From OCS116 cluster bacterium AG-435-F03 (GTDB lineage: Bacteria; Pseudomonadota; Alphaproteobacteria; MED-G09): a stretch of 64,000 nt of DNA. The translations under genes and the position numbers were made by a program. The notes under the pieces were generated by a model, which searched no databases, was not told the DNA's origin, and saw nothing but the letters and a program-made list of their open reading frames with translations. The first letter of the stretch is position 1, and the number at the start of each line of letters is the position of its first letter. Shown here one piece after another: positions 47,811 through 57,743 of this stretch. The stretch is from the NCBI GenBank assembly GCA_003212795.1, contig QCOV01000003.1:78676-142675 (forward strand), in the 5' to 3' direction.

Positions 47811-48764
47811 ATGGCATTAGTTACTGTATTAAGCGCAAGTGGAAGACCAGGTCTAGCTCAGGTTCGACAACTTATAAAAGCTGGATATGAAGTAAGAGGA
47901 ACAACTAGAAATCCTGAAAGATTAAGTCAATTTGATGATATTGAAGTGGTAAGCGCTGACTACAATGATCCGGACTCAGTTTATGAAGCATGTTTAGGGG
48001 CTGATTCAGTATTTTATACTAGACCTTCATTTGAAGAGTCACATAAAGCTCTTGATTTCGCAGCCACAGTAGGTTCTGCAGCAAAAAGGGCTAATGTAAG
48101 AAGACTTATTTATAATACTTGCTGCTGGGGTCCTCCTGAAGAATTAGGTGATGTCGGTCAAGCTGGCTATGATAGCGTTAAATTAATGATTAATACTTTA
48201 AAACAAGCTGGAGTTCAGACTACTACATTTCAACCAGTTCTATTTATGGATAATCTTTTAACTGATTGGGCTAGAGAAGATATAATGAATAACAATTTAT
48301 ATACATATCCTCATAATCCTAATCTTGAAGCAAGCTGGATATGTCTTGATGATGTAGCAAAATTTATGATTGCTGCAATTGATAGAGATGACTTAATTGG
48401 TAGAAATATAAATATTGGTGGACCTGAAGTATTTACTCCTCCTAGAGTTGCAGATCTTCTATCAGGTCACTTTGGTAAACCTATCAAGTATGAAGAGCTA
48501 AGTTTAGTTGATTTTTCTAATAGACTCTATGATATCTTTTTTGCAGATATTGATGAAGATATGAGAGGTGGTCGATCCGAAAATAGAGACGCTTTTATTG
48601 AAAGTATGTCAGACTTTTATAAATTCAATAATGTGTCTGAACATAAACCTTTCAAAGTTGATATGGCGCCTGTTTTAAAAGAAATACCAATTGAACTTAC
48701 ACCTTTTAGTGAATGGATTAGCCAACAAGATTGGAATGAAAAAGTTGATACGAAAGCAGGTTAA
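47811..48764 (+). CDS. NmrA-like NAD(P)-binding protein
   Basis: VTVLSASGRPG Rossmann motif, TRNP, FMDN, DDVAKF, IGGPE. Confidence 0.82.
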   Translation: MALVTVLSASGRPGLAQVRQLIKAGYEVRGTTRNPERLSQFDDIEVVSADYNDPDSVYEACLGADSVFYTRPSFEESHKALDFAATVGSAAKRANVRRLIYNTCCWGPPEELGDVGQAGYDSVKLMINTLKQAGVQTTTFQPVLFMDNLLTDWAREDIMNNNLYTYPHNPNLEASWICLDDVAKFMIAAIDRDDLIGRNINIGGPEVFTPPRVADLLSGHFGKPIKYEELSLVDFSNRLYDIFFADIDEDMRGGRSENRDAFIESMSDFYKFNNVSEHKPFKVDMAPVLKEIPIELTPFSEWISQQDWNEKVDTKAG

Positions 48765-49816
48765 GAAAAGCTCTTATTAACTTGGCGAAGCTTTTTATGA
48801 CCTGGGGTAAGATCCTTTTTCTTAAGTTGATTCAAAGGTTTTTCAGTTGTAAGCAGGGTATCGTGAAGATCTTCTTCGTTTTGATCTAAATATATTAACC
48901 CGGTAATAATTTCTCCTTTGTCACGTGAGTCATTAATCTTGCCAATTGCTTTTCTTCTGCTACCTGGATCATAACTCTTGTTTAATTTATGAAGCAACAT
49001 CTTTGATCCATCATGAACATTAACTTCGATTGATTTTCCTTCTGCATAGTTAACAGAAATTTCTTCATTTTCAGGAATAACATCAAGGAATCCAACAGCT
49101 TCATTATGCTCTCTGAAATATTCATAACTCTTAGTTGACTGAGCGTGATTATTAAAGGTAACACAAGGTGAAATTACATCTATAAATGCAAAACCTTTGT
49201 AGCTAAGTGCTGCTCTGATTAAAGGTATCAACTGATCTTTATCTCCAGAAAAACTACGCGCAACAAATCCTGCTCCTAATTGAATGGCAAGTGCAGCTAG
49301 ATCAATTGACTCAAACATATTATCTACACCTTTTCTACTCTTTGATTCTTTGTCATTAGTGGCTGAAAATTGACCTTTAGTTAAACCATATGTCCCATTG
49401 TTTTCACATATATAAACCATATTTAATCGTCTACGCATAATATGGCAAAATTGACCTAATCCTATTGACGCCGTATCACCATCGCCAGATACACCTAGAT
49501 AATATAAATCTCTATTGGCTAGATTAGCTCCAGTAGCAACTGATGGCATTCTTCCATGCACAGAGTTAAAACCATGAGATTTATTCAAGAAGTATGTAGG
49601 TGTTTTTGAAGAGCATCCAATGCCAGAGAGTTTTGCCAACCTATGAGCAGGTATAGATAATTGAAAACACGCCTCAATAATAGCAGAAGATACTGAGTCA
49701 TGACCACATCCTGCACATAAAGTAGATAAAGCCCCCTCATAATCCCTTCTTGTTAAACCAAGTTTATTTTTTGGTAAATTGGGGTGTCTAGCATTTGGTT
49801 TTTTTATAAAACTCAT
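48761..49816 (-). CDS. 2-oxoacid:ferredoxin oxidoreductase beta subunit
   Basis: LCAGCGH, SGIGCSSK, HGR, GDGD TPP motif, NGTYGLTKGQ, SPCVTFN. Confidence 0.92.
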   Translation of the reverse strand: MSFIKKPNARHPNLPKNKLGLTRRDYEGALSTLCAGCGHDSVSSAIIEACFQLSIPAHRLAKLSGIGCSSKTPTYFLNKSHGFNSVHGRMPSVATGANLANRDLYYLGVSGDGDTASIGLGQFCHIMRRRLNMVYICENNGTYGLTKGQFSATNDKESKSRKGVDNMFESIDLAALAIQLGAGFVARSFSGDKDQLIPLIRAALSYKGFAFIDVISPCVTFNNHAQSTKSYEYFREHNEAVGFLDVIPENEEISVNYAEGKSIEVNVHDGSKMLLHKLNKSYDPGSRRKAIGKINDSRDKGEIITGLIYLDQNEEDLHDTLLTTEKPLNQLKKKDLTPGHKKLRQVNKSFS

Positions 49817-49820
49817 TTTT

Positions 49821-51653
49821 TTAAGCCGCTGTTCTTGATTTTTTAACTTTTGCTATAATTTTTTTATTGTCCTTAACTTTTGATTTAAATTCATCAACAA
49901 TAAACTTTGCAGTTAATGGACTTCCATCAAAATTTAAAATGGAAACAAATTGATTTATATCTATTTCTAATTCATTTGAAATTAAAAATTTCATTTGTGC
50001 ATCTCTATTTTGCTCAAGAATAAATAAGTGATCATTTTCACTGATAAACTTTTCAAGAGTCTTATCAAATGGGAAGGAGCGAATACGAATCTTATTTATA
50101 TCGTAGCCTTCCTCACTTAAATAATCTATTGCTTCATCAACGGCAGGGGCTGTAGAACCAAAATAAATTAATCCAACATCGGTTTTATTTTTTGCATTTC
50201 TTCTAATTGATTTAGGTAAATATTTTGTGGATTTGTTGAATTTTTTTGTAATTCTTAAAAGATTTTCAGCATTAATTCTTCCGTCTTCAGTATATCCAGC
50301 AAAAGCGTCATGGGAAGTACCTCTTGTAAAAAAAGATCCTTTACTTGGGTGTGTCCCTGGAATAGTTCTATACGGAATTCCATCACCATCAATATCTAAA
50401 TATCTTCCCCACATTTCAATTGAATCAAGGTCTTTAGCCGATAAGACCTTACCTCTATCAAAATTATGCTTATCATCATAACTTAATTCATCTACCACCC
50501 AATCATTCATACCAATATCCAAATCACTCATAAATATTACAGGAGTTTGAAGTCTTTCAGCTATATCAAAGGCATCCACAGACATTTCAAAACATTCTTT
50601 AGGGTCAGAAGGAAAAAGGAGTATTTGTTTGGTATCACCATGAGAAGCATATGCTGAAGATAAAATATCTGACTGTTGCGTTCTAGTTGGCATACCAGTT
50701 GATGGCCCCCCTCTTTGGATATTAAAAAGAACCAGAGGGATTTCAGCAAAATATGCTAGACCAAGAAATTCAGACATAAGAGATACACCTGGTCCTGAAG
50801 TAGCGGTAAATGCTCTTGCGCCATTCCAATTAGCTCCTATAGCCATACCTATTGCCGATAGCTCATCTTCAGCCTGAACAACAGCGCCTTTAATGTTACC
50901 TTTTGAATCAGATCTAAACATATGAAGATATTTTTCAAAGGCTTCAGCCAATGATGTTGATGGAGTAATAGGATACCATGAAGCAACAGTAGCGCCTGCA
51001 AATATACAACCCAGTCCAGAAGCTTCATTGCCCTGTATCATAATTTTCTTATTTTTTTGTTTCATCAATTTTAATTGCAAACCAAAATCAGACGATAAAT
51101 TTTCTTGAGCATATTTTCGGCCTAAACCAAGTGCATGTAAATTTGGTTCAATTAATTTAGGTTTTTTTTGAAACTCTTCTTTTATCAAACCTTTTAAAAC
51201 AGAAATATCTATTTTAAAAAGAACAGATAAGGCACCTAAACAAATAATGTTTTTAAATAATTGCCTTTGTCTTGGATCATCATAATGTTCGGCACAAATA
51301 CTGGCCATTGGTATTCCAATAACATTAATATCTTTTCTCGGAAATCTCCTTTCCATGGTACTATCGTAAATAAGGTAACCACCTTTAACTAATTCCTTAA
51401 GATCAGACTGATATGTTTGTGGATTTAGAGCTATTAGACAATCTACACCATCTCTTCTTGCTATATAGCCATCTTTATTCACTCGAATTTCATACCATGT
51501 TGGTAGTCCTTGAATATTTGATGGGAAAATATTTTTTGGGCTAACAGGTATCCCCATTCTAAAAATAGTTTTAGCAAACATTAGATTTGCACTAGCAGAT
51601 CCTGAACCATTAACATTAGCAAACTTAATTACAAAATCGTTCACTTTTGTCAT
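49821..51653 (-). CDS. 2-oxoacid:acceptor oxidoreductase alpha subunit
   Basis: NVNGSGS, WYPITPST, QAEDE, TATSGPG, QRGGPSTGMPT; ATGA overlap with the upstream gene supports start 51653. Confidence 0.92.
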   Translation of the reverse strand: MTKVNDFVIKFANVNGSGSASANLMFAKTIFRMGIPVSPKNIFPSNIQGLPTWYEIRVNKDGYIARRDGVDCLIALNPQTYQSDLKELVKGGYLIYDSTMERRFPRKDINVIGIPMASICAEHYDDPRQRQLFKNIICLGALSVLFKIDISVLKGLIKEEFQKKPKLIEPNLHALGLGRKYAQENLSSDFGLQLKLMKQKNKKIMIQGNEASGLGCIFAGATVASWYPITPSTSLAEAFEKYLHMFRSDSKGNIKGAVVQAEDELSAIGMAIGANWNGARAFTATSGPGVSLMSEFLGLAYFAEIPLVLFNIQRGGPSTGMPTRTQQSDILSSAYASHGDTKQILLFPSDPKECFEMSVDAFDIAERLQTPVIFMSDLDIGMNDWVVDELSYDDKHNFDRGKVLSAKDLDSIEMWGRYLDIDGDGIPYRTIPGTHPSKGSFFTRGTSHDAFAGYTEDGRINAENLLRITKKFNKSTKYLPKSIRRNAKNKTDVGLIYFGSTAPAVDEAIDYLSEEGYDINKIRIRSFPFDKTLEKFISENDHLFILEQNRDAQMKFLISNELEIDINQFVSILNFDGSPLTAKFIVDEFKSKVKDNKKIIAKVKKSRTAA

Positions 51654-53431
51654 TTCTTGCAACCATCATGGGACTGAGCTCCAAAATAAAAGAATTTTTG
51701 CATATCCCAGGCACCAGTTGGACATCTCTCAGCACACAAACCACAGTGCAAGCAAAGATCTTCGTCTTTAACCATAACCCTCTTCGTAGGTAATTTTCCA
51801 GAAACATATAAATCTTGAGCAAGATTAAGAGCTGGTACCCTAATATTTTCTCTTAACTCTTGTTCATCAGCATTTTGAATAAAATTAATACAATCTTCTG
51901 GGCATATATCGACACATGCATCACATTCAATACATCTTTTTTCTTCAAAAACTGTCTGAACATCGCAATTTAGACATCTGGCAGCCTCTTCAAATGCCAT
52001 TCTGTCATCATAACCTAATTCAACTTCAACTTTTCTATCAGCTAATGTAACTTTTGGATCAGCATGAGGAACTGCTAATCTATCTACTTCTGCATAACCA
52101 TTGTCGTAAGACCATTCATGTAAACCCATTTTTGTTGATTCAAGAAAAACATGGGGCTCAGGTCTTTTTTTAAGACTCTTATTATTACAAAATAAATCAA
52201 TTGAAATTGCAGCTTGATGAGCATGTGCAACAGCCGTTATTATGTTCTCTGGCCCCCAAGCAGCATCTCCTCCAAAGAAAACTTTAGGTAAAGTTGATTG
52301 CATTGTTGTGCGATCAACAATTGGCATATCCCATTCGCCAAACTCAATACCAATATCTTTTTCAATCCACTCAAAGGCGTTATCCTGACCAATAGCCATT
52401 AGAACATCATCACACTCAACAATTTCAAGAGGCTCTCCTGTTGGTATGAGCTTTCTTCTTCCATCTTTATACTCAGCTTTTACTTTTTCAAATGCAACAG
52501 CTTTAAGCTTGCCATTTTTATGAATAAATTCTTTTGGAACATGGTTTTCATAAATCGGAATATTCTCCATTTCAGCTTCTTCAATTTCCCAATCTGAAGC
52601 TTTCATATCTACTTTTGGAGATCTAACATAAACTCTAACATCTTTACCACCAAGTCTTATAGCAGTTCTACAACAATCCATTGCAGTATTTCCACCTCCA
52701 AGAACAATAACTTTCTTGCCAATTTTTTTTACATGTTCAAATGCAACAGATGCTAGGAAGTCAATACCAATATGGATGTTCTTATCACATTCTTCTCGAC
52801 CAGGTATATTTAGATCTTTTCCTTTTGGCGCTCCTGTTCCAACAAAAACTGCATCAAAATCTTCCTTTAAAAATTCTTTTAGGCTTTTAATTTCTTTATT
52901 ATATTCAACTTCAACTCCCATATTAATAATACGATCACACTCTTCATTTAGAACCTCTTCAGGAAGTCTAAATGATGGAATATTTGTTCGCATCAATCCG
53001 CCCGGAACGGGATCTCTTTCAAAGATTGTACATTCATAACCTAAGGGCATTAAGTCTCGCGCAACTGCAAGAGAAACGGGCCCGGCACCTAATAAAGCTA
53101 TTTTTTTTCCATTTTTCTGCTCTGGTGCAGTAGGTATCAAATCATCTATTTCACCCTTATAATCAGCAGCTACTCTTTTCAATCGACATATAGCAACGGG
53201 CTCATCCTCTACTCGAACCCTTCTGCACGCGGGCTCACAAGGTCGATCACATGTCCTTCCGAGGATTCCGGGAAATACATTTGACTCCCAGTTAATCATA
53301 TATGCATCTGTATATCTTCCAGCCGCAATTAATCGAATATATTCCGGAACAGGTGTGTGGGCAGGACAAGCCCATTGACAATCAACTACCTTATGAAAGT
53401 ATTCTGGATTCGATATTTTAGTCGGCTTCAT
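51650..53431 (-). CDS. GltD-like FAD/NAD(P) oxidoreductase with C-terminal 2x[4Fe-4S] domain
   Basis: CQWACP, GRTCDRPCE, GAGP, GGGNTAMDC, CIECDACVDICP, CLHCGLCAERCP. Confidence 0.9.
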   Translation of the reverse strand: MKPTKISNPEYFHKVVDCQWACPAHTPVPEYIRLIAAGRYTDAYMINWESNVFPGILGRTCDRPCEPACRRVRVEDEPVAICRLKRVAADYKGEIDDLIPTAPEQKNGKKIALLGAGPVSLAVARDLMPLGYECTIFERDPVPGGLMRTNIPSFRLPEEVLNEECDRIINMGVEVEYNKEIKSLKEFLKEDFDAVFVGTGAPKGKDLNIPGREECDKNIHIGIDFLASVAFEHVKKIGKKVIVLGGGNTAMDCCRTAIRLGGKDVRVYVRSPKVDMKASDWEIEEAEMENIPIYENHVPKEFIHKNGKLKAVAFEKVKAEYKDGRRKLIPTGEPLEIVECDDVLMAIGQDNAFEWIEKDIGIEFGEWDMPIVDRTTMQSTLPKVFFGGDAAWGPENIITAVAHAHQAAISIDLFCNNKSLKKRPEPHVFLESTKMGLHEWSYDNGYAEVDRLAVPHADPKVTLADRKVEVELGYDDRMAFEEAARCLNCDVQTVFEEKRCIECDACVDICPEDCINFIQNADEQELRENIRVPALNLAQDLYVSGKLPTKRVMVKDEDLCLHCGLCAERCPTGAWDMQKFFYFGAQSHDGCKK

Positions 53432-53486
53432 TCAATAATCCCCCTGACAATTGAGCAAACCGAATCAATTTTAAAAATTGATTTTC

Positions 53487-53518
53487 TAACTAATAAAATT
53501 GACTTTATCTCTAGTCAA
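53487..53518 (-). promoter_or_regulatory. Promoter/operator motif of the oxidoreductase operon
   Basis: TTGACTA-N7-AGTCA-N2-TTTATTA-N-TTA; same motif at 57683-57714. Confidence 0.6.
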
Positions 53519-53576
53519 TCAAAATACGATTTAAAAGTAGCCAATAATTGTGGCAATATAATGTTTTTTTATTGAA

Positions 53577-54728
53577 TTATTCTTTATAAAGATTAGCCGG
53601 ATTTTCTATCTCATTTTTTATGTGGACAAGAAATGAAACAGCCTCTTTTCCATCAATAATTCTATGATCATAACTTAGAGCAAGATACATCATTGGTCTT
53701 ATTTCAATTTTACCCTCCACAGCGATAGGCCTATCTTGAATCTTATGCATTCCAAGAATAGCGGTTTGGGGGGCATTCAATATCGGTGTTGATAGAAGCG
53801 ATCCAAAAACCCCACCGTTGGAAATAGTGAATGTACCACCCTGCATCTCCTCAATAGTGAGTTTACCTTTCCGAGCTTTTTCAGAGTATTTTAATGTTAA
53901 TTTTTCTATATCACTAATCCTCAATAAATCTGCATCTTTTATAATTGGAACAGTTAAGCCTCTATCAGTAGAAACAGCTACTCCAATATCTTTAAAACCA
54001 TGGAAAACAATTTCTTCACCATCAATACTTGCATTAACTTGAGGGTACTCATTTAAAGCACTAACTGCAGCGGATACAAAAAAGCCCATATATCCTAATT
54101 TTATTTGATTTTTTTTAAAAAAGTCTTCGCCTTTCTGTTCTCTTATTTTCATTATTTCAGTCATATCAACTTCATTGAAAGTTGTAAGCATGGCAGTTTC
54201 TCTTTGAACATTTACCAAACGTTCGGCAACTGTTTTTCTTAATCTGCTCATGGGGATCCTTTTGGTCTCTCTGACTACTTCTTCTTTTGTTATCCGCTCA
54301 TTATTAGAAATATAATTTATTAAATCTTGTTTAATAATCCGGCCTGATTTACCAGTGCCTTTTATAAGGCTTAAGTCTATCTCATTATCTTTAGCAAATT
54401 TATTTACTGAATTACTAATTAACGGTTCGTTATTTTCTATTTTAGGTGTTTCATCTTTTTTAGATTTTTTTTCTTTAATTAATTCTCTTTCACCAACTTC
54501 ATATTCGCCAATAACTTCTCCACTGTTAACTACCTCACCCTCAGCTTTAAAAATTTTAGTCATAACGCCATCATTAGCTGCTACCACCTCAATAACAACT
54601 TTATCAGTTTCAATTTCTGCTAAAACTTCATCTTGAATAATCATTTCGCCTTCTAATTTTTTCCAATTAGCTATCACGCCTTCTTCAACAGATTCAGGAT
54701 ATGTTGGTGATAAAATATTTTCCTTCAT
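53577..54728 (-). CDS. sucB: 2-oxoglutarate dehydrogenase E2
   Basis: Lipoyl [38 protein letters not shown]. Confidence 0.95.
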   Translation of the reverse strand: MKENILSPTYPESVEEGVIANWKKLEGEMIIQDEVLAEIETDKVVIEVVAANDGVMTKIFKAEGEVVNSGEVIGEYEVGERELIKEKKSKKDETPKIENNEPLISNSVNKFAKDNEIDLSLIKGTGKSGRIIKQDLINYISNNERITKEEVVRETKRIPMSRLRKTVAERLVNVQRETAMLTTFNEVDMTEIMKIREQKGEDFFKKNQIKLGYMGFFVSAAVSALNEYPQVNASIDGEEIVFHGFKDIGVAVSTDRGLTVPIIKDADLLRISDIEKLTLKYSEKARKGKLTIEEMQGGTFTISNGGVFGSLLSTPILNAPQTAILGMHKIQDRPIAVEGKIEIRPMMYLALSYDHRIIDGKEAVSFLVHIKNEIENPANLYKE

Positions 54729-54731
54729 TTT

Positions 54732-57671
54732 TTAATCCTTACCTAGAGTTAAATCGATTAATTTTTTTTGTTGTTTAATATGAATTTTCATTTGTCCTAC
54801 AGCTGGAGCAGATGATGGTGGCCTACTCATCAATCTAAATTCTCTCTTTAAACCAATATTTTTTAGAACTCTATTTAATCTATGTCTTTGACCATACCAT
54901 GCCCCTTGATTTCTTGGCTCCTCTTGGCACCAAATAAATTCTGAAGCATTTTTATATTTACTTAATATTTTTTCAGTTTCTTTATACGGAAATGGGTATA
55001 ATTGTTCTAAACGGATAATTGCTATATCACTTTGATTGTTTTCATCTTTTTGTTTTTTAAGATCATGATATATTTTTCCACTACAAAGAATTACCTTTCT
55101 TAGTTTTTTTGTTAAATTTGATTCATCATCGAAAATATATTCAAATTTTCCTAATGTAAGTTCATCAATATTTGAAGATGCATATTTATTTCTTAACAAA
55201 CTTTTAGGGGTAATAACAATAAGGGGAGTTCTATTATTTCTAATAGCTTGCCTTCTTAGGAGATGAAACATTTGGGCTGCAGTACTGGGCATACATATTT
55301 GTATATTTTGTTCAGCACATAATTGAAGAAATCTCTCTATACGAGCACTACTATGCTCAGGCCCCATACCTTCATATCCATGCGGCAGTAAAAGGACTAA
55401 ACCTGATAATCTTTCCCACTTATGCTGTGCGCTAGCAATAAATTGGTCTATTACAACTTGAGCTCCATTAGAAAAATCACCAAATTGAGCTTCCCAAATT
55501 ACTAAGCCTGTTGGCCATGTTGCCGAATACCCATACTCAAATCCTAGAACTGCCTCCTCTGATAATATTGAGTCATAAATTCCAATATTTGTATTTCCTT
55601 TTTCAGCAAATTTATTCAGTGGATAGTAAGTTCTCCCATCCTCTTGATCAAACATCACAGCATGTCTGTGATCAAATGTTCCTCTCCTTATATCTTGTCC
55701 ACTAAATCTAATTGGGTATCCCTCACGCAAAAGACTCGAATATGCTGCAATCTCAGCAAATCCCCAATTAAATTCACATTTTCCTTCAGCCATATCTATT
55801 CTTTGCTTAATTATATTTTTGACTTTTTTCTGCAAAACAAAACCACTTGGAATATCAGCGATTGTTCGAGCATCATCAATTAGTTGATCCTGTTTGACAG
55901 TTGTATCAGTATTTTCATCCCACCTAGCATCAATGAACTGATCCCATTCAAACCATAAGTCATCATTCTTTATTTTTGATAAGTTAAGGGCGACGCTTTC
56001 ATCTTTTTCAATTGATGATCTGTAAGATTTTTTAAATTCATCAAATTCTTCTGAAGTAATATCATTATTTTGTATTAATTTATCTTTATATGATTTCAAT
56101 ACGGAAGGATGTTGTTTAATTTTTTTATACATCACGGGTTGTGTTGAAGATGGATCATCCGCTTCATTATGGCCACTTCTTCGATAACCAATTAAATCAA
56201 TAACAATATCCTTTTTAAATTCTTCACGATAATCTGAAGCCAATTTAGATATATAAATTACTGCTTCGGGATCATCAGCATTTACATGAAATATTGGTAC
56301 TTCAATAAACTTTGCTATATCTGTTGAATATCGTGTTGAACGTGAATCCTTTGGATTATCCGTTGTGAAACCTATTTGATTATTTATGATCACATGGATA
56401 GTTCCTCCAACTCCATATCCTCTAGTTTGAGACATTTGAAGCGTTTCCATGACAACTCCCTGTCCACTAAATGAAGCATCACCATGAATTAGGATTGGTA
56501 CAACTTTATTTCTTTCTCTATCATTTAATCTATCTTGCCTTGCTCGAACAGACCCAATTACAACGGGGTCTACTATTTCTAAATGCGATGGATTATTAAT
56601 GAGTGAGACATGAACGTCACCATTAGTTGTATGTATATTTGATGAGAATCCTAAATGATATTTAACATCACCAGTGCTAGAACCCTTCAGGTCATAGTTT
56701 TCTTCAAATTCGGCAAATAAATCTTTTGGCTTTTTACCTAAAATATTTATCAGTAAATTTAATCTCCCTCTATGAGCCATTCCAAAACAAATTTGTTCAG
56801 CACTATTTTTTGATGTCTGCTCAATTAAGGTATCAATGAGAGGTATTAGAGATTCACATCCATCTATACCAAATCTTTTCATGCCAGGGTATTTTGCAGA
56901 AAGATATTTCGCCAAACCTCTTGCAGAAATTAATCTTTTCAAAATAAAGATTTTTTCATTTAAATTTATTTTTTTGTAATTATTATTCTCAAATCTATCA
57001 ATTATCCAGTTTCTTTCACTTTCATCAGATATATGCGAAAATTCCAGGCCTATATTACCGCTATATTTTTTTGTAATAGATTCTTTTAACTCTTTTAAAA
57101 AGATTTTATTTTTTGAACCTTTAGGATAATCATTTCCAACGCGTTCTTCTGGGCTTATGCCTTCCAATAATTTTTCAGCATAAATCAAATCAATATGGAC
57201 ATCCTTCTGAGCTAATTGGAGCGGATCTAAATCGGCAGCCGTATGACCAAAACTTCTATACGCATTAATATAATAATTAGCTTTACCATTAATAGTTAAT
57301 GGTAATGTTTTTTGAAAGTATCCATTATTAACTTTTTTATATTCTTTGTTATTATTTTGATGCTTTCTTAACTTATTCTTAAAACTATCTACAACCTCTG
57401 AATAGATAATGTCGTCTTTAAAATCATCAGTCTCAGAAAGAGATACAAAGAGATCTCTCCAATCCTTTGATATGACATCCGGATTATTTAAAAAAGTTTC
57501 ATAAAGTTTATCAAGGTAGGATAAATGTCCACCCGATAGATGAGAGTCAGAATAATGTTCTGCCATAGTTTTGTTAAGACTACTTTTACTCTCTTTACCT
57601 TGATTTTTACTATTGGAATCTATGTTAGATTTCATCCGAAGGCCTTTATAATAGTCCTCCCCCCGAACCAT
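54732..57671 (-). CDS. sucA: 2-oxoglutarate dehydrogenase E1
   Basis: GMAHRGRLN, GDVKYHLG, NPSHLE, HGDASF, WEAQFGDF, PEHSSAR; true start may be a downstream Met. Confidence 0.95.
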   Translation of the reverse strand: MVRGEDYYKGLRMKSNIDSNSKNQGKESKSSLNKTMAEHYSDSHLSGGHLSYLDKLYETFLNNPDVISKDWRDLFVSLSETDDFKDDIIYSEVVDSFKNKLRKHQNNNKEYKKVNNGYFQKTLPLTINGKANYYINAYRSFGHTAADLDPLQLAQKDVHIDLIYAEKLLEGISPEERVGNDYPKGSKNKIFLKELKESITKKYSGNIGLEFSHISDESERNWIIDRFENNNYKKINLNEKIFILKRLISARGLAKYLSAKYPGMKRFGIDGCESLIPLIDTLIEQTSKNSAEQICFGMAHRGRLNLLINILGKKPKDLFAEFEENYDLKGSSTGDVKYHLGFSSNIHTTNGDVHVSLINNPSHLEIVDPVVIGSVRARQDRLNDRERNKVVPILIHGDASFSGQGVVMETLQMSQTRGYGVGGTIHVIINNQIGFTTDNPKDSRSTRYSTDIAKFIEVPIFHVNADDPEAVIYISKLASDYREEFKKDIVIDLIGYRRSGHNEADDPSSTQPVMYKKIKQHPSVLKSYKDKLIQNNDITSEEFDEFKKSYRSSIEKDESVALNLSKIKNDDLWFEWDQFIDARWDENTDTTVKQDQLIDDARTIADIPSGFVLQKKVKNIIKQRIDMAEGKCEFNWGFAEIAAYSSLLREGYPIRFSGQDIRRGTFDHRHAVMFDQEDGRTYYPLNKFAEKGNTNIGIYDSILSEEAVLGFEYGYSATWPTGLVIWEAQFGDFSNGAQVVIDQFIASAQHKWERLSGLVLLLPHGYEGMGPEHSSARIERFLQLCAEQNIQICMPSTAAQMFHLLRRQAIRNNRTPLIVITPKSLLRNKYASSNIDELTLGKFEYIFDDESNLTKKLRKVILCSGKIYHDLKKQKDENNQSDIAIIRLEQLYPFPYKETEKILSKYKNASEFIWCQEEPRNQGAWYGQRHRLNRVLKNIGLKREFRLMSRPPSSAPAVGQMKIHIKQQKKLIDLTLGKD

Positions 57672-57682
57672 AAATAATTTTA

Positions 57683-57714
57683 TAATTAATAAATATGACT
57701 GCTGTAATAGTCAA
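57683..57714 (-). promoter_or_regulatory. Promoter/operator motif of sucAB
   Basis: TTGACTA-N7-AGTCA-N2-TTTATTA-N-TTA; same motif at 53487-53518. Confidence 0.6.
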
Positions 57715-57743
57715 TAATCTTTGAAAACTTCACAAATGATTAT

